From: Eledone cirrhosa | Taxonomy: Eukaryota | Assembly: GCA_964016885.1 (NCBI GenBank) | Contig: OZ024750.1 | Location: 32,612,001-32,676,000, forward strand | DNA: 64,000 bases | Direction: 5' to 3' | In this document: positions 12,861 to 25,978 of the stretch, piece by piece | Layout of the letters: every line of letters starts with the position of its first letter | Numbering within the stretch: position 1 is the first letter of the stretch | Program-made: the position numbers and the translations under genes | The notes under the pieces: generated by a model | The model's input: the letters and a program-made list of their open reading frames with translations, nothing else | The model's database searches: none | What the model was told of the DNA's origin: nothing

Positions 12861-13439
12861 CCCACCACCACCCCACTCTCAAGAGTGTGAAATTAATAAA
12901 CATTCGTTGTACTGCCTCTCTGTCTTGTTCCTGTTCAAATTTTCCATTTTATATATATATATATATATATATACATGGGCAGCAGACACAGTGAGATATA
13001 TTTGGAGACATGGAATATAATTTGTATATAAGTAGAGAACTAAAGATTCAATCTCAAAGGAAATACACAGACTCTTGCAAATATTCCAAACCATTAAAAT
13101 GTATATTATATGCAATCATACATATACAAGCATTTGTGTGTGCATATGTGTGTGCATATGTATGCACTTGACTGTGTATGTGCATATGTATGTATGTGTA
13201 GGTGAATGTATGTGTGTGTTTGTGTGTGTCGCTCAGCGTGAGCGTTTAAGTGTATGTTTATAAAGGCATCTAAATTTGTTTTTATATAAGAATACAAATA
13301 TATTCACGCACGTATATGATACATCTAAACGAGTTTATTTCCTTTCCTTCTGTCTTTTACTAATCCTTTCAATGGAAAATTAAATGGAATTAAAGTAGGA
13401 TTCTTACTCAAATAACACACAGACATCAACATGCACATG

Positions 13440-13513
13440 CATGCACACACACATGAATATGTACATATGCAGCATAAATATTCTGTATGATATATGTGTG
13501 CTTGTGTCTATGA

Positions 13514-13547
<34 letters not shown>

Positions 13548-13550
13548 ATA

Positions 13551-13645
<95 letters not shown>

Positions 13646-14436
13646 GCAGCATAAATATTCTGTATGATATATGTGCTTGTGTCTATGAATATATATATAT
13701 ATATATAAATATATGTGTGTATATATATATATATATATACATATGTCCATATTTGTATAAATATATATATATATGCATATGTGCATATCTATATATACAT
13801 CATCATCGTTTAACGTCCATCTTCCACGCTTGCATGGGTTTGGACGGGAGTTTTCCCACTTGAGGCAAGAGTGGTTGTCTCACTCGCATAGGATTGTCTG
13901 GCGGGTTTTCTATGGCTGGATGCCCTTCCTAACACCAACCACGTTTACTGTGTGGACTGGGAGTTTTTTACCGTGTTACCTACATGGCCACATATCTATA
14001 TATATACATATATATATACATATCTATATATATATATATACATATGTGCATATTTATATAAATATATATATATATGCATATGTGCATATCTATATATACA
14101 TATCTATATATATACATATATATATACATATCTATCTATATACATATATATATATATATACATATGTGCATATTTATATAAATATATACATATACATATG
14201 TGCATATCTATATATATATATATACATATCTATCTATATACATATATATATATATACATATGTGCATATTTATATAAATATATACATATACATATGTGCA
14301 TATCTATATATATATATATAAATATACATATCTATCTATATACATATATATATATATACATATGTGCATATTTATATAAATATATACATATACATATGTG
14401 CATATCTATATATATATATATATATGCATATCTATA

Positions 14437-14531
<95 letters not shown>

Positions 14532-14537
14532 ATATAT
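13440..14537. repeat. Complex TA-rich minisatellite interrupted by an RTE 3'-UTR fragment (13798-13992, -)
   Basis: Repeated CATATGTGCATATTTATATAAATATATA..CATATGTGCATATCTA units; insert matches the 30626-31016 UTR. Confidence 0.85.
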
Positions 14538-14951
<414 letters not shown>

Positions 14952-15079
14952 CCCACCCTTGCAAGCAGGGAAAAAGCGGACGTAAAATGAAATGATGAAA
15001 TGAAATGATATATATATATGTATATGTATATATATATATGTATATATATATGTATATGTATATATATATGTATATGTAT

Positions 15080-15111
<32 letters not shown>

Positions 15112-15130
15112 GTATATATATATGTATATG

Positions 15131-15162
<32 letters not shown>

Positions 15163-15652
15163 GCGTGCTCACATAGGATATATCTTAAGATTTTCAATTT
15201 TTTACTACATTATTTCACAAGCACTCACTCGCACTCATACACCTTTTCTCTCCATGTCTTTCTCTCACTTTCTCTCACTTTCCCGTTCTCTCACTCACTC
15301 TCTCTGTCTCTCTTCTCCATATAAACATTTACCTTTTTCTTCATCTATTTCTTTGTATACTTTTACAGGTGGAATTCTTCCTCTACATTTACTACTTCAC
15401 AATAAATAATAGTAAATCTTTCAGACAGAAAAATATAAAAATAAATAAGTATGAAAATAAAAATAATAATAACTCTCTTACCAAATGAAAAAAACCCCAA
15501 TAAAATAAATAAAAACAAAATGGAATAAAAATGAATAAAAATAAACAATAATGAAGACATGAATAAACAAGAGATTTAAAAAGAAAAAATACCGAATTAC
15601 CAAGAAAAAACATAGAGTAAAAATTATAAAAAAAGGGCAAAGGAGATAAGTG

Positions 15653-15694
<42 letters not shown>

Positions 15695-15702
15695 CATAAT
15701 AT

Positions 15703-15761
<59 letters not shown>

Positions 15762-16073
15762 AATGTATTTTCTCTATATCAAAAGGTTGGCAAAACTGAA
15801 AGAAAGAAAATTGAGAAGAAAATGGAAGACGAAAAAGGAATCTTGGGAATTATGAGAAAAAAATAGGAGTAAACAGAAGTGAAATTGCAAGTTGTAATAG
15901 TACATAGATGGTAAAGAATGGTAAGGAAAGAATGGCAGAGTGAGATAGAGATATAGAGAAAGGTGAAGAAGAATATATTGCCTATGGTATTGGCTACCTA
16001 CTTCTATAGGTCAGAAAATATCACACTTGTTATTTACTTATGGGACAACCTAGTGAATTATATATATATATAT

Positions 16074-16264
16074 AACGAAGGAAATGTGGTAAGGAACCAG
16101 ATGGACCATAACGCACCAAAGTACTCAATACTTAGGGTAGTAGAATGGATAATAGGAATGAGTAGGACCCCGACGGCTGAGCTCAAGCCGTTTTGACGGC
16201 TAATTCACTCCAGAATTAGCCGTCGAAATGTCTTGAGCTCAGTCGTCGGGGTCCTACTCGTTCC

Positions 16265-16268
<4 letters not shown>
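16074..16268 (-). mobile_element. Fold-back PLE-like insertion (family of 49295 and 53105)
   Basis: TAGGAA.GAGTAGGACCCCGACGGCTGAGCTCAAG.. mirrored; (TA)n flanks. Confidence 0.75.
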
Positions 16269-16304
<36 letters not shown>

Positions 16305-16494
16305 TATAGAGAAAGGTGCATACACACACATATATACATATAGATAGATTGATTGATAGATTGGGAGTTACCAATTCTGACTAGTAAGACTATGTTCAGC
16401 CAAATACTTGATACTTGTGAAAGGTGAGAGTGCTAGATGGCTGAGCTGACACAGTTTGAAGAGGCACTAACTTTTCACTATATACTTGTATATC

Positions 16495-16832
16495 ATCATC
16501 ATTTCATTTTACGTCCACTTTTCCCCCTGCTTGCAAGGGTGGAATAGGAACTGATTCTGGCTTGATTTCTACAGATGGATGCCCTTCCTAACACCAACCT
16601 CAATTACAGTGAGTGCTGGGTGCTTTTTTGCTGTGGCACCTCCACGACCACTTTACAGTGGAATGATAGGGACCCCAGTCCCTATCATCTCATTTCTACA
16701 GCTGAGTAAACTGGAGCAATGTGAAATAAAGTGTCTTGCTCAAGGAAATAACACATCACCCGGTCTGAGAATTGAACTCACAGCCTTTTGATTGCAAGGC
16801 TAATGCTCTAACCACTAAGCCATGTGCCTCCA
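16495..16832 (-). mobile_element. SINE family B
   Basis: Reverse complement, full length. Confidence 0.9.
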
Positions 16833-17534
16833 TGCCTATATATATATATTTATCATGCAGGGTGCTCTTTGTTTCCTTTATACGCTTGCTTGTCTCTGTG
16901 TGCCTTGTCTATCTTCCACCTAATATCTCAAGTCATACCAATGAACTACCAATTAGTTCTGTTGATAAAAGTGTGATATGAATGGCTTAAGTTCAATCCC
17001 AGACTTGGCCCACTATCAAATATATTTTTATTTTCATATTATCTAGTTGTGTACAATTAACTCCCTCTGCGATTAACTTGATCTTTTGTATGTGAACATA
17101 TAACAGACTTGAAATACATTTATTTTAAACATTGAATTCAACAAAGTCGGAGTTCGATCACTGGTTAACTCTTACATTTTACTTCTTTTATATTAACTCT
17201 TAACATCTTGTAATGATATAGCAGAAAATGTCTAAAACCAGTTGTTAATTCCTGTTTCTTAAGTGTATCTTTACTAATGATCATTATGAACATTTGCAGT
17301 ATTTGATTAAAGACTCTTTTAACTTTTAACTTTTAATGTGATGCCATCATACTACTGTTTTATATTCTTAATGATTATTTTAATAATAAAATTTCATGTG
17401 GTAGAAGATTTTAAAATATCATTGACTACATGGCTGTGAATGTATTTATAAAAGGAAAGTTTTAGTGTGTTTTAGTCAAATATCTTTGAGCCTTATCCTA
17501 TCACACCCTACTTTCAATTCAACTGAATTTTGTC

Positions 17535-17720
17535 ATTGTGGGCTGGGTTGTGTGTTGTGTTCTTGAGTAAAACAATTCATTCCAAGTATACTCAGCTCCA
17601 GTATACTCAGCTGAAAATGTGTATCTGGCATCCTGTCCAGCAGGGGAGTCTTGTACTCTCAGTTGCTTCATGTCATGAAACTGAGATAAGCACTGACCTA
17701 ATGAGTCTTCTGGCTTAAGA
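17535..17720 (+). mobile_element. SINE family C (CORE-like with different 3' part)
   Basis: GTGTTCTTGAG..AAAC, CAGTATACTCAGCTG, TGGCATCCTGTCCAG, GATAAGCAC; related at 40950, 52395, 60460. Confidence 0.7.
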
Positions 17721-18176
17721 TAAAAGAGAAGCTAATATATAAAGAAAGAAGACCAGTAACAGGGTGTTTAGCTTGATTGAATAGTATGACTTGTCAATAT
17801 TTCAGCTAATGAAAGGTTTGAACCATGTGTGCATTATATCCCATTAATATAGTTACTATTTGGAGTACGGGGGGGGGGGGGGTTATTATTTAACGTCCCC
17901 CTTTTATGTTATGGGTTTGAATTCTACTGAGGTCAAATTTATCTTCATTATGTGAACATAAATTATGCTTTAACCTTTACTTGAAATTTAAATTAATTAG
18001 AAATTATATAATGAGCAAATATCTGTGGTACAGTAAATTACACACTGAATAATGCCAGGTATTCTGTCAGTATATATATATATATATAATACACACACAG
18101 ACTATCATCATCATCATCATCATCATCATCCTCATCATCGTAATTTAATGTCCACTTCACCTGATAGCAAGGGTTG

Positions 18177-18209
<33 letters not shown>

Positions 18210-18289
18210 AGTAGTTCCACAACAGTTAGTTCACCATACCGAGAACAAATGTTGCACCTTATTCGGATCCTCATATATATATATATGTG

Positions 18290-18414
18290 TATGTAAAAGG
18301 TAAACAGAAATAACAATATAAACAGTACAGTACATGGAAGGAATATATTAGTTTAACGCTTGAAATATCAGGAAGAGGGTCTTAACGTTCCAAATTCTAG
18401 TCCTTCATCAGAAG
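18290..18414 (-). mobile_element. PLE-like 3' end with degenerate hammerhead (family of 29601)
   Basis: Minus strand TCTTCTGATGAAGGACTAG..GGAACGTTAAGA..GTACTGTACTGTT..TTCTGTTTACCTTTT. Confidence 0.6.
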
Positions 18415-18436
18415 ATATATATATATATATATATTT

Positions 18437-19038
18437 AATAAGGTAATGAATTCTTTTACAATGGAATCAGCTCGAAGGAGGAAAATACCCCCTGAGCAGT
18501 GTATAAATTCATATGTATGTGATGAAACACAGATACCAACACATCTGTATATATATATTGCAAAAGAAAAATTTAGCCAGATTGAAGTATACTAATTATT
18601 ATACTACAGTTTGTCCATATCGATTTAAAATAATAAATCAACGAAGACGAACTGTATTGCCAAGAGGCTGTGATGTTTAGACACATTTAAATTTCAAAAT
18701 CAAACCTGTTCCGTAGATAAGTTTAAACTTTAAGATCCAAATATGTTTCGAGTTAAATAAGTGTAGGAATATCATGATATTCCTACACTTATTTAACTCG
18801 AAACATATTTGGATCTTAAAGTTTAAACTTATCTACGGAACAGGTTTGATTTTGAAATTTAAATGTGTCTAAACATCACAGCCTCTTGGCAATACAGTTC
18901 GTCTTCGTTGATTTATTATTTTAAATCGATATGGACAAACTGTAGTATAATAATTAGTATACTTCAATCTGGCTAAATTTTTCTTTTGCAATATATATAC
19001 AGATGTGTTGGTATCTGTGTTTCATCACATACATATTA

Positions 19039-19045
<7 letters not shown>
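18437..19045 (-). mobile_element. Large fold-back insertion (about 270-bp arms, no spacer) in (TA)n
   Basis: Palindrome centred 18774/18775 with about 2 arm differences; unpaired tail 18437-18500 with GCTC..GAGC stem. Confidence 0.75.
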
Positions 19046-19079
<34 letters not shown>

Positions 19080-19082
<3 letters not shown>

Positions 19083-19455
19083 CCAGTAGGCACCGCTTAA
19101 TCAAATATATACCCCCTCCCAGTACCCCAACTCCTCCACCTCCATCAACACCACCCCTTTCTCTGTAAAGTTATGTTGGTACCACAACATCCAGTCCTAA
19201 ATAAATGAGGTCATGTAGGTGTCACGACAAAAAAAAAACACACAGTCCACGCTGTAATGTGACCGTGTAGGTAACACGGTAAAAACCTCCCAATCCACAC
19301 TGTAAACATGGTTGGTGTTAGGAAGGGCATCCAGCTGTAGAAAACCTGCCAGACAGTCCCATACGAGCGAGACAACCAATCTTACCTCAAGTGGGACAAT
19401 TATTTCCATCTAAACCCATGCTAACGTGGAAGATAGACGTTAAACGATGATGATA
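19080..19455 (+). mobile_element. RTE family B 3' UTR fragment
   Basis: Matches the UTR that follows the ORF stop in 30626-31016 (-) and 24950-25378 (+); GAT tail. Confidence 0.8.
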
Positions 19456-19493
19456 TATATATAAGCAAGAGATGGAATGAGCCATATAGGAAG

Positions 19494-21764
19494 GTGTGGA
19501 GAAGAAAGGTCTGGAAGCTAAAAGACCTTTCACTAAAATTCAAATTTAGGAAAGCCCTTCAAGATGTATATGACGAAAAAGAAGACGATTTAGAGACGTA
19601 TGACATAGATAATAACTGGAAGTTCTTACGTGACAACTTGCTGAAGGCTACTGATGAAACTTGTGGCTGGAGCAGAGCCCCAACCAGACAGAGAGTGACC
19701 TGGTGGTGGAACAGCAGTGTAGATAAGGCTATTAGAGACAAAAGACTAGCATGGAAGGCTTGGAATAAGGGTGGGAGTATTGAAGAATATACAGCCACTA
19801 AGAGAGAAGCTAGACGTCAGGTGTACTTAGCACGCAGGGAGGCAGAGAGTAGGAGGTTTGCCAATGTTCTGCGACGGGAAGATCAGAGGCGTGCGGTGTT
19901 CCACATTGCAAGGCAGTGTGTCAATGGTGATAAATGTGTCCGGGATGATGCCGGTGTACTTAGTGTCACGAATGACCAGAAAAAGGAGGCCTGGAAATGC
20001 CATTATGAGAGACTGATGAATGTGGAGAACGAATGGGAGAGAGAGAAATTACCCTTGGTAGATCCGACAGAGGGACCAGCTATTGAGATTGACGAATATA
20101 GGGTCCAAGAGGCGATTAGGGAAATGAAAAATGGTAAGGCGGCCGGACCATCGGGAATAGTTGCTGAGATGCTGAAGGCATCAGGGGACGTAGGCACTAA
20201 ACTGGTTGCACGCATAATCAATCAGGCTATATATGGTGGTGTCATACCCAAAGACTGGTGCAGCAGTATTCTCATAAATTGCTACAAAGGTAAAGGGGAT
20301 GCTTTGGAGAGGAGCAATTATAGGGGTATAAAACTGATAGATCAGGTTATGAAAGTGGCAGAAAGGATTTTAGCACAACTAATTAGAGAAAGGGTCAAAC
20401 TAGATGAGATGCAGTTTGGTTTTGTGCCTGGGAAGAGTACAACAGATGCCCTCTTCTTGGTGAGACAAATGCAAGAGAGGTTCTTAGAGAAGAATAAGCC
20501 ACTATACTTGGCCTTTGTTGACCTAGAGAAGGCCTTTGATAGGGTACCCCGATCTGTCATCTGGTGGTCCCTAAGGAAGCTGGGTGTTGAGGAATGGCTT
20601 GTAAGGACAGTGCAAACTTTGTACAGAGGTACTCTCAGTAAAGTCAGGGTAGGAATGGAGTTTAGTGAGGAATTCCAGATACAAGTAGGAGTACATCAGG
20701 GTTCGGTCCTCAGCCCGCTCTTGTTCATTATAGTCCTCCAAGCCATAACAGAGGAGTTTAAGACTGGCTGTCCATGGGAACTTCTCTATGCTGACGATCT
20801 GGCTCTTATGGCAGAATCAGTAGAGGAGCTAGAGAATAAATTCCGGCTATGGAAACAGCAGTTGGAAGCAAGAGGACTGAGAGTAAATCTAGCTAAGACA
20901 AAAGTGTTGATGAGTAGAAAAGGGGACAAAACCCTGATTCCGTCAGGGAAATGGCCATGTTCGATATGCAGAAAAGGAACTGGCATAAATTCTATAAAAT
21001 GCACACAATGTAGGTCCTGGGTACACAAGAGATGTAGCGGGATAGCAGGCAAACTAACAGGTAGGGAGAAATATGTATGCAGTAGATGTACAGGGAAATT
21101 AGACAGTAGAAGTCGCACTGATAGACACATTTTTCAAATGCGAGAGGGCGCTATAGAAGTGGTGGATAGCTTCCGGTACCTAGGAGATCAGATTAGCATG
21201 GGAGGAGGGTGTTCCGAGGCCATAGTATCTAGAATAAGGACGGGTTGGAAGAAGTTTAGGGAGCTGCTTCCTCTGTTGACGAAGAAGGGTTTCTCCCTGC
21301 GTACGAAAGGCCGGTTGTATGATGCCTGTGTGAGGAGCGCGATGCTGCATGGTAGTGAGACATGGGCAGCTACCGCAGAAGATATGCGACGGCTGGAGAG
21401 AAATGAGGCAAGCATGCTCCGTTGGATGTGCAGTGTAAATGTGCGTGAACGACCCAGCATAAATGTGTTGAGAGAGAAACTGTGTCTGAGAGGGATAGAA
21501 TGTAGTGTACGGGAGAGGAGACTGAGGTGGTATGGAGATGTGATGCGCATGGAGGATGACCGATGGGTGAAGAAGTGCCAGGAAATGCCAGTTGAAGGAA
21601 GACGTAGTAGAGGTAGACCACGAAAAACATGGGCGGAAGTGGTGAGAACAGACCTCAGATCATTGAAGCTCACGGTGGAGATGACGAGGGACCGTGACGA
21701 GTGGAGAGATGCTGTGCTGAATAAGACCCGTCCCACCCTTGCAAGCAGGGAAAAGCGGACGTAA
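19494..21764 (+). CDS. RTE-clade LINE (family A) reverse transcriptase ORF, 5'-truncated (no APE domain), PHD finger inside RT
   Basis: 756 aa uninterrupted: KAAGPSG, NYRGI, QFGF, FVDLEKAFD, GVHQGSVLSP, YADD, GLRVN..KTK, FRYLG, RRLRWYG, GRPRKTW; (GAT)n tail right after the stop; 5' end abuts a TA tract. Confidence 0.95.
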   Translation: MWRRKVWKLKDLSLKFKFRKALQDVYDEKEDDLETYDIDNNWKFLRDNLLKATDETCGWSRAPTRQRVTWWWNSSVDKAIRDKRLAWKAWNKGGSIEEYTATKREARRQVYLARREAESRRFANVLRREDQRRAVFHIARQCVNGDKCVRDDAGVLSVTNDQKKEAWKCHYERLMNVENEWEREKLPLVDPTEGPAIEIDEYRVQEAIREMKNGKAAGPSGIVAEMLKASGDVGTKLVARIINQAIYGGVIPKDWCSSILINCYKGKGDALERSNYRGIKLIDQVMKVAERILAQLIRERVKLDEMQFGFVPGKSTTDALFLVRQMQERFLEKNKPLYLAFVDLEKAFDRVPRSVIWWSLRKLGVEEWLVRTVQTLYRGTLSKVRVGMEFSEEFQIQVGVHQGSVLSPLLFIIVLQAITEEFKTGCPWELLYADDLALMAESVEELENKFRLWKQQLEARGLRVNLAKTKVLMSRKGDKTLIPSGKWPCSICRKGTGINSIKCTQCRSWVHKRCSGIAGKLTGREKYVCSRCTGKLDSRSRTDRHIFQMREGAIEVVDSFRYLGDQISMGGGCSEAIVSRIRTGWKKFRELLPLLTKKGFSLRTKGRLYDACVRSAMLHGSETWAATAEDMRRLERNEASMLRWMCSVNVRERPSINVLREKLCLRGIECSVRERRLRWYGDVMRMEDDRWVKKCQEMPVEGRRSRGRPRKTWAEVVRTDLRSLKLTVEMTRDRDEWRDAVLNKTRPTLASREKRT

Positions 21765-21782
21765 AATGATGATGATGATGAT

Positions 21783-21912
21783 ATCATCATCATCATCATC
21801 ATCATCGTTTAACATCTATCTTCCACGCTTGCATGGGTTTGGACGGGAGTTTTCCCACTTGAGGCAAGAGTGGTTGTCTTGCTCGCATAGGACTGTCTGG
21901 CCGGTTTTCTGG
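21783..21912 (-). mobile_element. RTE family B 3' terminus, tail-to-tail with the family A LINE
   Basis: (CAT)n then CGTTTAAC..TTCCACGCTTGCATGGGTTTGGACGGG. Confidence 0.8.
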
Positions 21913-21933
21913 ATATATATATATACATATATC

Positions 21934-21995
21934 AAGGGCGGTGCCCCAGCATGGCCTCAGCCGGATGGCTGAAACAGGTAAAAGAGTAAAAGAGT
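21934..21995 (+). mobile_element. 3' tail of another retroposon family
   Basis: GGCGGTGCCCCAGCATGGCC..TGAAACAGGTAAAAGAGTAAAAGAG; diverged reverse copy at about 28120-28180. Confidence 0.55.
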
Positions 21996-22015
21996 ATATA
22001 TATATATATACATAC

Positions 22016-22124
<109 letters not shown>

Positions 22125-22768
22125 TACATATGTGTGTGTGTTCACGTCAGTGAGTGTGTGTAAGAGAGAGAGATTGCATAAGACTTTACACCTGTATTAC
22201 AATGCTAATATAGTTCATTACATTGACAACATGCTGTGTAGCAGCCATCTTATTTATCTCTTCACAGTAGATTATTCTGTTTTACACCACATACAGACAT
22301 GAGATGGATTGATGACTACATATTGTTATAGTCACCTCCTCCATTAGTTTCAGACCTTTCTAATTTCTTGCGTGCATCTAAGTCCTCTTGGATCAGATCT
22401 AACATCTTTACCACCCACCCACCCCAACATCTTCCTTAACTTACCACTCTATTCTGGATAGGATCAATACCTTTAACAACTTACAACCTATTTCATTCCC
22501 CCTTTCCGCCATACACATTCCTATTGCGTTATAAACTACAATCAATATTCACCTCTCTCTCTCTCTCTCTCACACTTACACAAATTCTCTCTCTTTCTTT
22601 CTCACACACACACTCACACTCTTACCCTCCATACATACACACTACATACATACTATATCACTTTCTCTCACACACACACACACTTTCTCGCTTTCACACA
22701 CACACACTCTCTCTCTCTCTCTCACATGCACACCCACACTCTCTCTCTATCTCTCTCTCATACACTCA

Positions 22769-22799
<31 letters not shown>

Positions 22800-23120
22800 T
22801 CTCTCTCTCTCTCACACTGTTTCATGCATGCATGACCTGTTGTTTCTAATAACTAACCTCTACTTTGGTTCATATGCAGGCAATTTAAAAGCAGACATTT
22901 ACATGATTTGATGGAGCAGGTGTTTTTACAGATTAACAACCAACCTGAAACTAACCATTCAACCATGAAATGGCAGTGCTAACCTATTCTACTCTGAGGT
23001 CTGTCTAAAATAAGCAGACATACAACAAGACTTGATATGGAGTATTATGTATTATACAAGAAAACAAACTCTACTATTGCTGCTTCTCTGAGTACTCTAA
23101 TTATTGTTGCTTTAATGACA

Positions 23121-23605
23121 AGAGGTGCATGGCTTAGTGGTTAGAACTGTGAGGTTGTGAGTTAAATTCCCAGACTGAGCAATGCCTTGTGTCCTTCAGC
23201 AAGACACTTTATTTCACATTGCTCTAGTTTAATCAGTTGTAAAAATGAGTTGTGGTGTCACTGGTGCCATGCTATATCAGCCTTTGACATCATATAAAAT
23301 GCATATATAGTGTATCTGTAATTTATACATATGTTGTGACATCACTGATGGAAAGCTGAATCAGTCTGAGCCTTTTGCTTGGACAACATCAGTGGCATGG
23401 AGAGGGGTGACTGGTATACATGGGTGACAGGTGGGCTTCCACAAAAACTCCAGCTTGGCACCAGTGACATTGCAACTCATTTCTACAGCTGAGTGAACTG
23501 GAGCAATGTGAAATAAAGTGTCTTGTTCAAGAACACAACACATGGCATGGACTGGGAATTGAACTTACAACCTCACGATTGTAAGCCCAGTGCTCGAACT
23601 ACTAA
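23121..23605. mobile_element. Two convergent CORE-like SINE copies
   Basis: 23121-23290 (+) and 23340-23605 (-) both have CAAGACACTTTATTTCACATTGCTC and GTCACTGGTGCCA. Confidence 0.75.
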
Positions 23606-24553
23606 ACTATGTTGTGTGTGTGTACCTGCACAAAGTTTAAGGTGATGATAAGCCATCTAGGAAGTATTATAACCTTACAAACATCATACTTATGAACTTC
23701 CACAGATATGAGCAGTGTCATGAAAAAAAATCCATTTTGTCTGAGTTTGAAATTCACATTTTTGTGGGCTCTTTTGGGCCCTGGGTTCCTTCTTTTGCAG
23801 CATAAAAACAAGCCAAAATCGTATCTATAGTGTGGGATACCATTCTGCTTTCACAGAATTGAGAAAAGTACTTCTTTTCTTTAACAAATTATTCCCATTA
23901 GCTTTACAGTATTTAAATGTATCATTACATGTTATATGTACCTCTAAATATATATATATATCACTTATATGCAAAGATGCAGTATCAAAGTAACATATAT
24001 ATATGGGCTTACTGGCACAACATACTGTGTTAGACTATCAACTTACAAACAAATCAACTAACGAACAGCCCCATGGAACGTAACTTGTTCATAAGTTGGG
24101 GATTTACTATAATCTGTTTCTTGATTTCACCAGAATGATTCCCAAGTTGTTAAGCAATATATCTGATAGTAATAAATTAAAAGAATTATATAAAGTATCC
24201 AATGTATGGATATCACATGGACTTGCAGCAAAACCACAACTTATAACAAGGAAGGTATTTGCAATCACTCTCTCCCTATCACTGTCAATTTTATACTTTC
24301 TACATAATTCCATAGTAACCTTCTAATCAGCTTAGGTAGCTGTGTATAATAAATTCAGAAAATCTCATGACATCTGTTGATATATATTAAGGTTTTGTTA
24401 GCCAAGATCTATGAAATTGCATCTAATCCTTTAGTCTGTTTAAAACATTTGGATTCATTCAGAACTGGCCATCATGATAAACATAAACATAGCTTTGACT
24501 AATCCATACTCCACTATATATATATATATATATATATGTTCTCGGTAATGGTG

Positions 24554-24588
<35 letters not shown>

Positions 24589-24644
24589 CTCGGTAATGGT
24601 GAACTATATATATATATAGAGTTCATCAATATATATATATATAT

Positions 24645-25378
24645 ATGTAATATACATGAACGGCAAAACATAAACGGACTAAGTGAGAAATTAGGCATAA
24701 GAGGGATCAGATGCAGTTTACTTAAGAGGAGAGATAACGTTGGTATGGTCATGTGAGGCGTATGAAGGACGACAGCTGTATAAAAAAAGTGCAGGGTGAT
24801 CAAAGTTGATGGAAGCTACAGAGTAGGTAGACCCAGAAAAACCTGGGACAAGGTGATAAAAGGTGACCTTGCACACTTGCATCTCTCTAAGACAATGTCA
24901 CTGGATCAAGATCTTTGGCGCTATGCCGTAATACAGAAGACCCGCCTTCCCTTATGTATGAACTTAAACCTACCGTTAGTAGGCACCTCTTAACCCAATA
25001 TACACCCCCACCCCTCATCCCACACACCCCTACAACATCCTACAACTTCTGCCCACACCACCCTTTCTATGTAAAGTTATGTCGGTACCACAGAATATCC
25101 AGCCCACACTAAAGTGATCATGTAGATGTCACGATTAAAAGCACCCAGTCCACACTTAAAGTGGTCGTGTAGGAGACATGGTAAAAAGCACCCAGCACAC
25201 ATTGTAAATGTGGTTGGCACCATGAAAAGTATCCAGCCATAGAAAACCAACCAGAAACAGTCCTATATGAGTGAGACATGATCACACATCCCAACTTGCC
25301 TCAAGTGGAACAAACTCGCTTAACCCATGCTAGCGTGGGAGACGGACGTTAAACGATGATGATGAGGATGATGATGAT
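24645..25378 (+). mobile_element. RTE family B 3' fragment (ORF end + 3' UTR)
   Basis: ..GRPRKTWDKVIKGDLAHLHLSKTMSLDQDLWRYAVIQKTRL matches the end of ORF 31017; same UTR; GAT tail. Confidence 0.88.
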
Positions 25379-25409
25379 ATATGTGTACACACATATATAT
25401 ATATATATA

Positions 25410-25596
25410 TATTTATTAAAATAACAGATTAAAGTTTAAGCAAAGAATCACTGCTTTCACCCTTCACAGTATCTTCTGAAACTTTAATCTGTTATTTTAA
25501 TAAATATTTGCTCTACGGTTCTTATATATTTGATATATATTTATCCTTATCGAGCTCTCTTTGGATTTTAGTCTTCAAATTTATTATTATTACTAT
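25410..25596 (+). mobile_element. Fold-back PLE-like insertion (family of 9080)
   Basis: ATATTTATTAAAATAACAGATTAAAGTTT mirrored by AAACTTTAATCTGTTATTTTAATAAATAT, then TTGCTCT..GAGCT tail. Confidence 0.7.
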
Positions 25597-25598
25597 AT

Positions 25599-25599
<1 letters not shown>

Positions 25600-25631
<32 letters not shown>

Positions 25632-25978
25632 GTTTAACGTCCATGTTCCATGCTTGCATGGGTTTGGACGGGAGTTTTCCCACTTGAGGCAAGAGTGGTT
25701 GTCTTGCTCGTATAGGACTGTCTGGCGGGTTTTCTACAGCTGGATGCCCTTCCTAACACCAACCACATTTACAGTGTGGGACTGGGAGATTTTTACCGTG
25801 TTGCCTACACGGCCACATTACAGCGTGGACTGTGTGTTTTTTTGTCGTGACACCTACACGATCTCATTTGTTTCGGCCTGGATGTTGTGGCACCACATAA
25901 CTTTACATAGAAGGGGGCGGTGTGGATGGGGTGGGGTGGTGGGACGGGGGTGTATTTTGTTAGAGATGCCTACTGACT
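25600..25978 (-). mobile_element. RTE family B 3' UTR fragment
   Basis: Near-identical to 30626-30995. Confidence 0.88.

Noticed and set aside
15330-15420. Strong-looking splice acceptor TTTTACAG|GTGG
   Set aside because: No matching donor or sustained frame; pyrimidine tracts are common here.
24096-24326. Overlapping 68-76 aa ORFs in non-repetitive-looking sequence
   Set aside because: No recognisable motif or splice signals; may be a decayed element.
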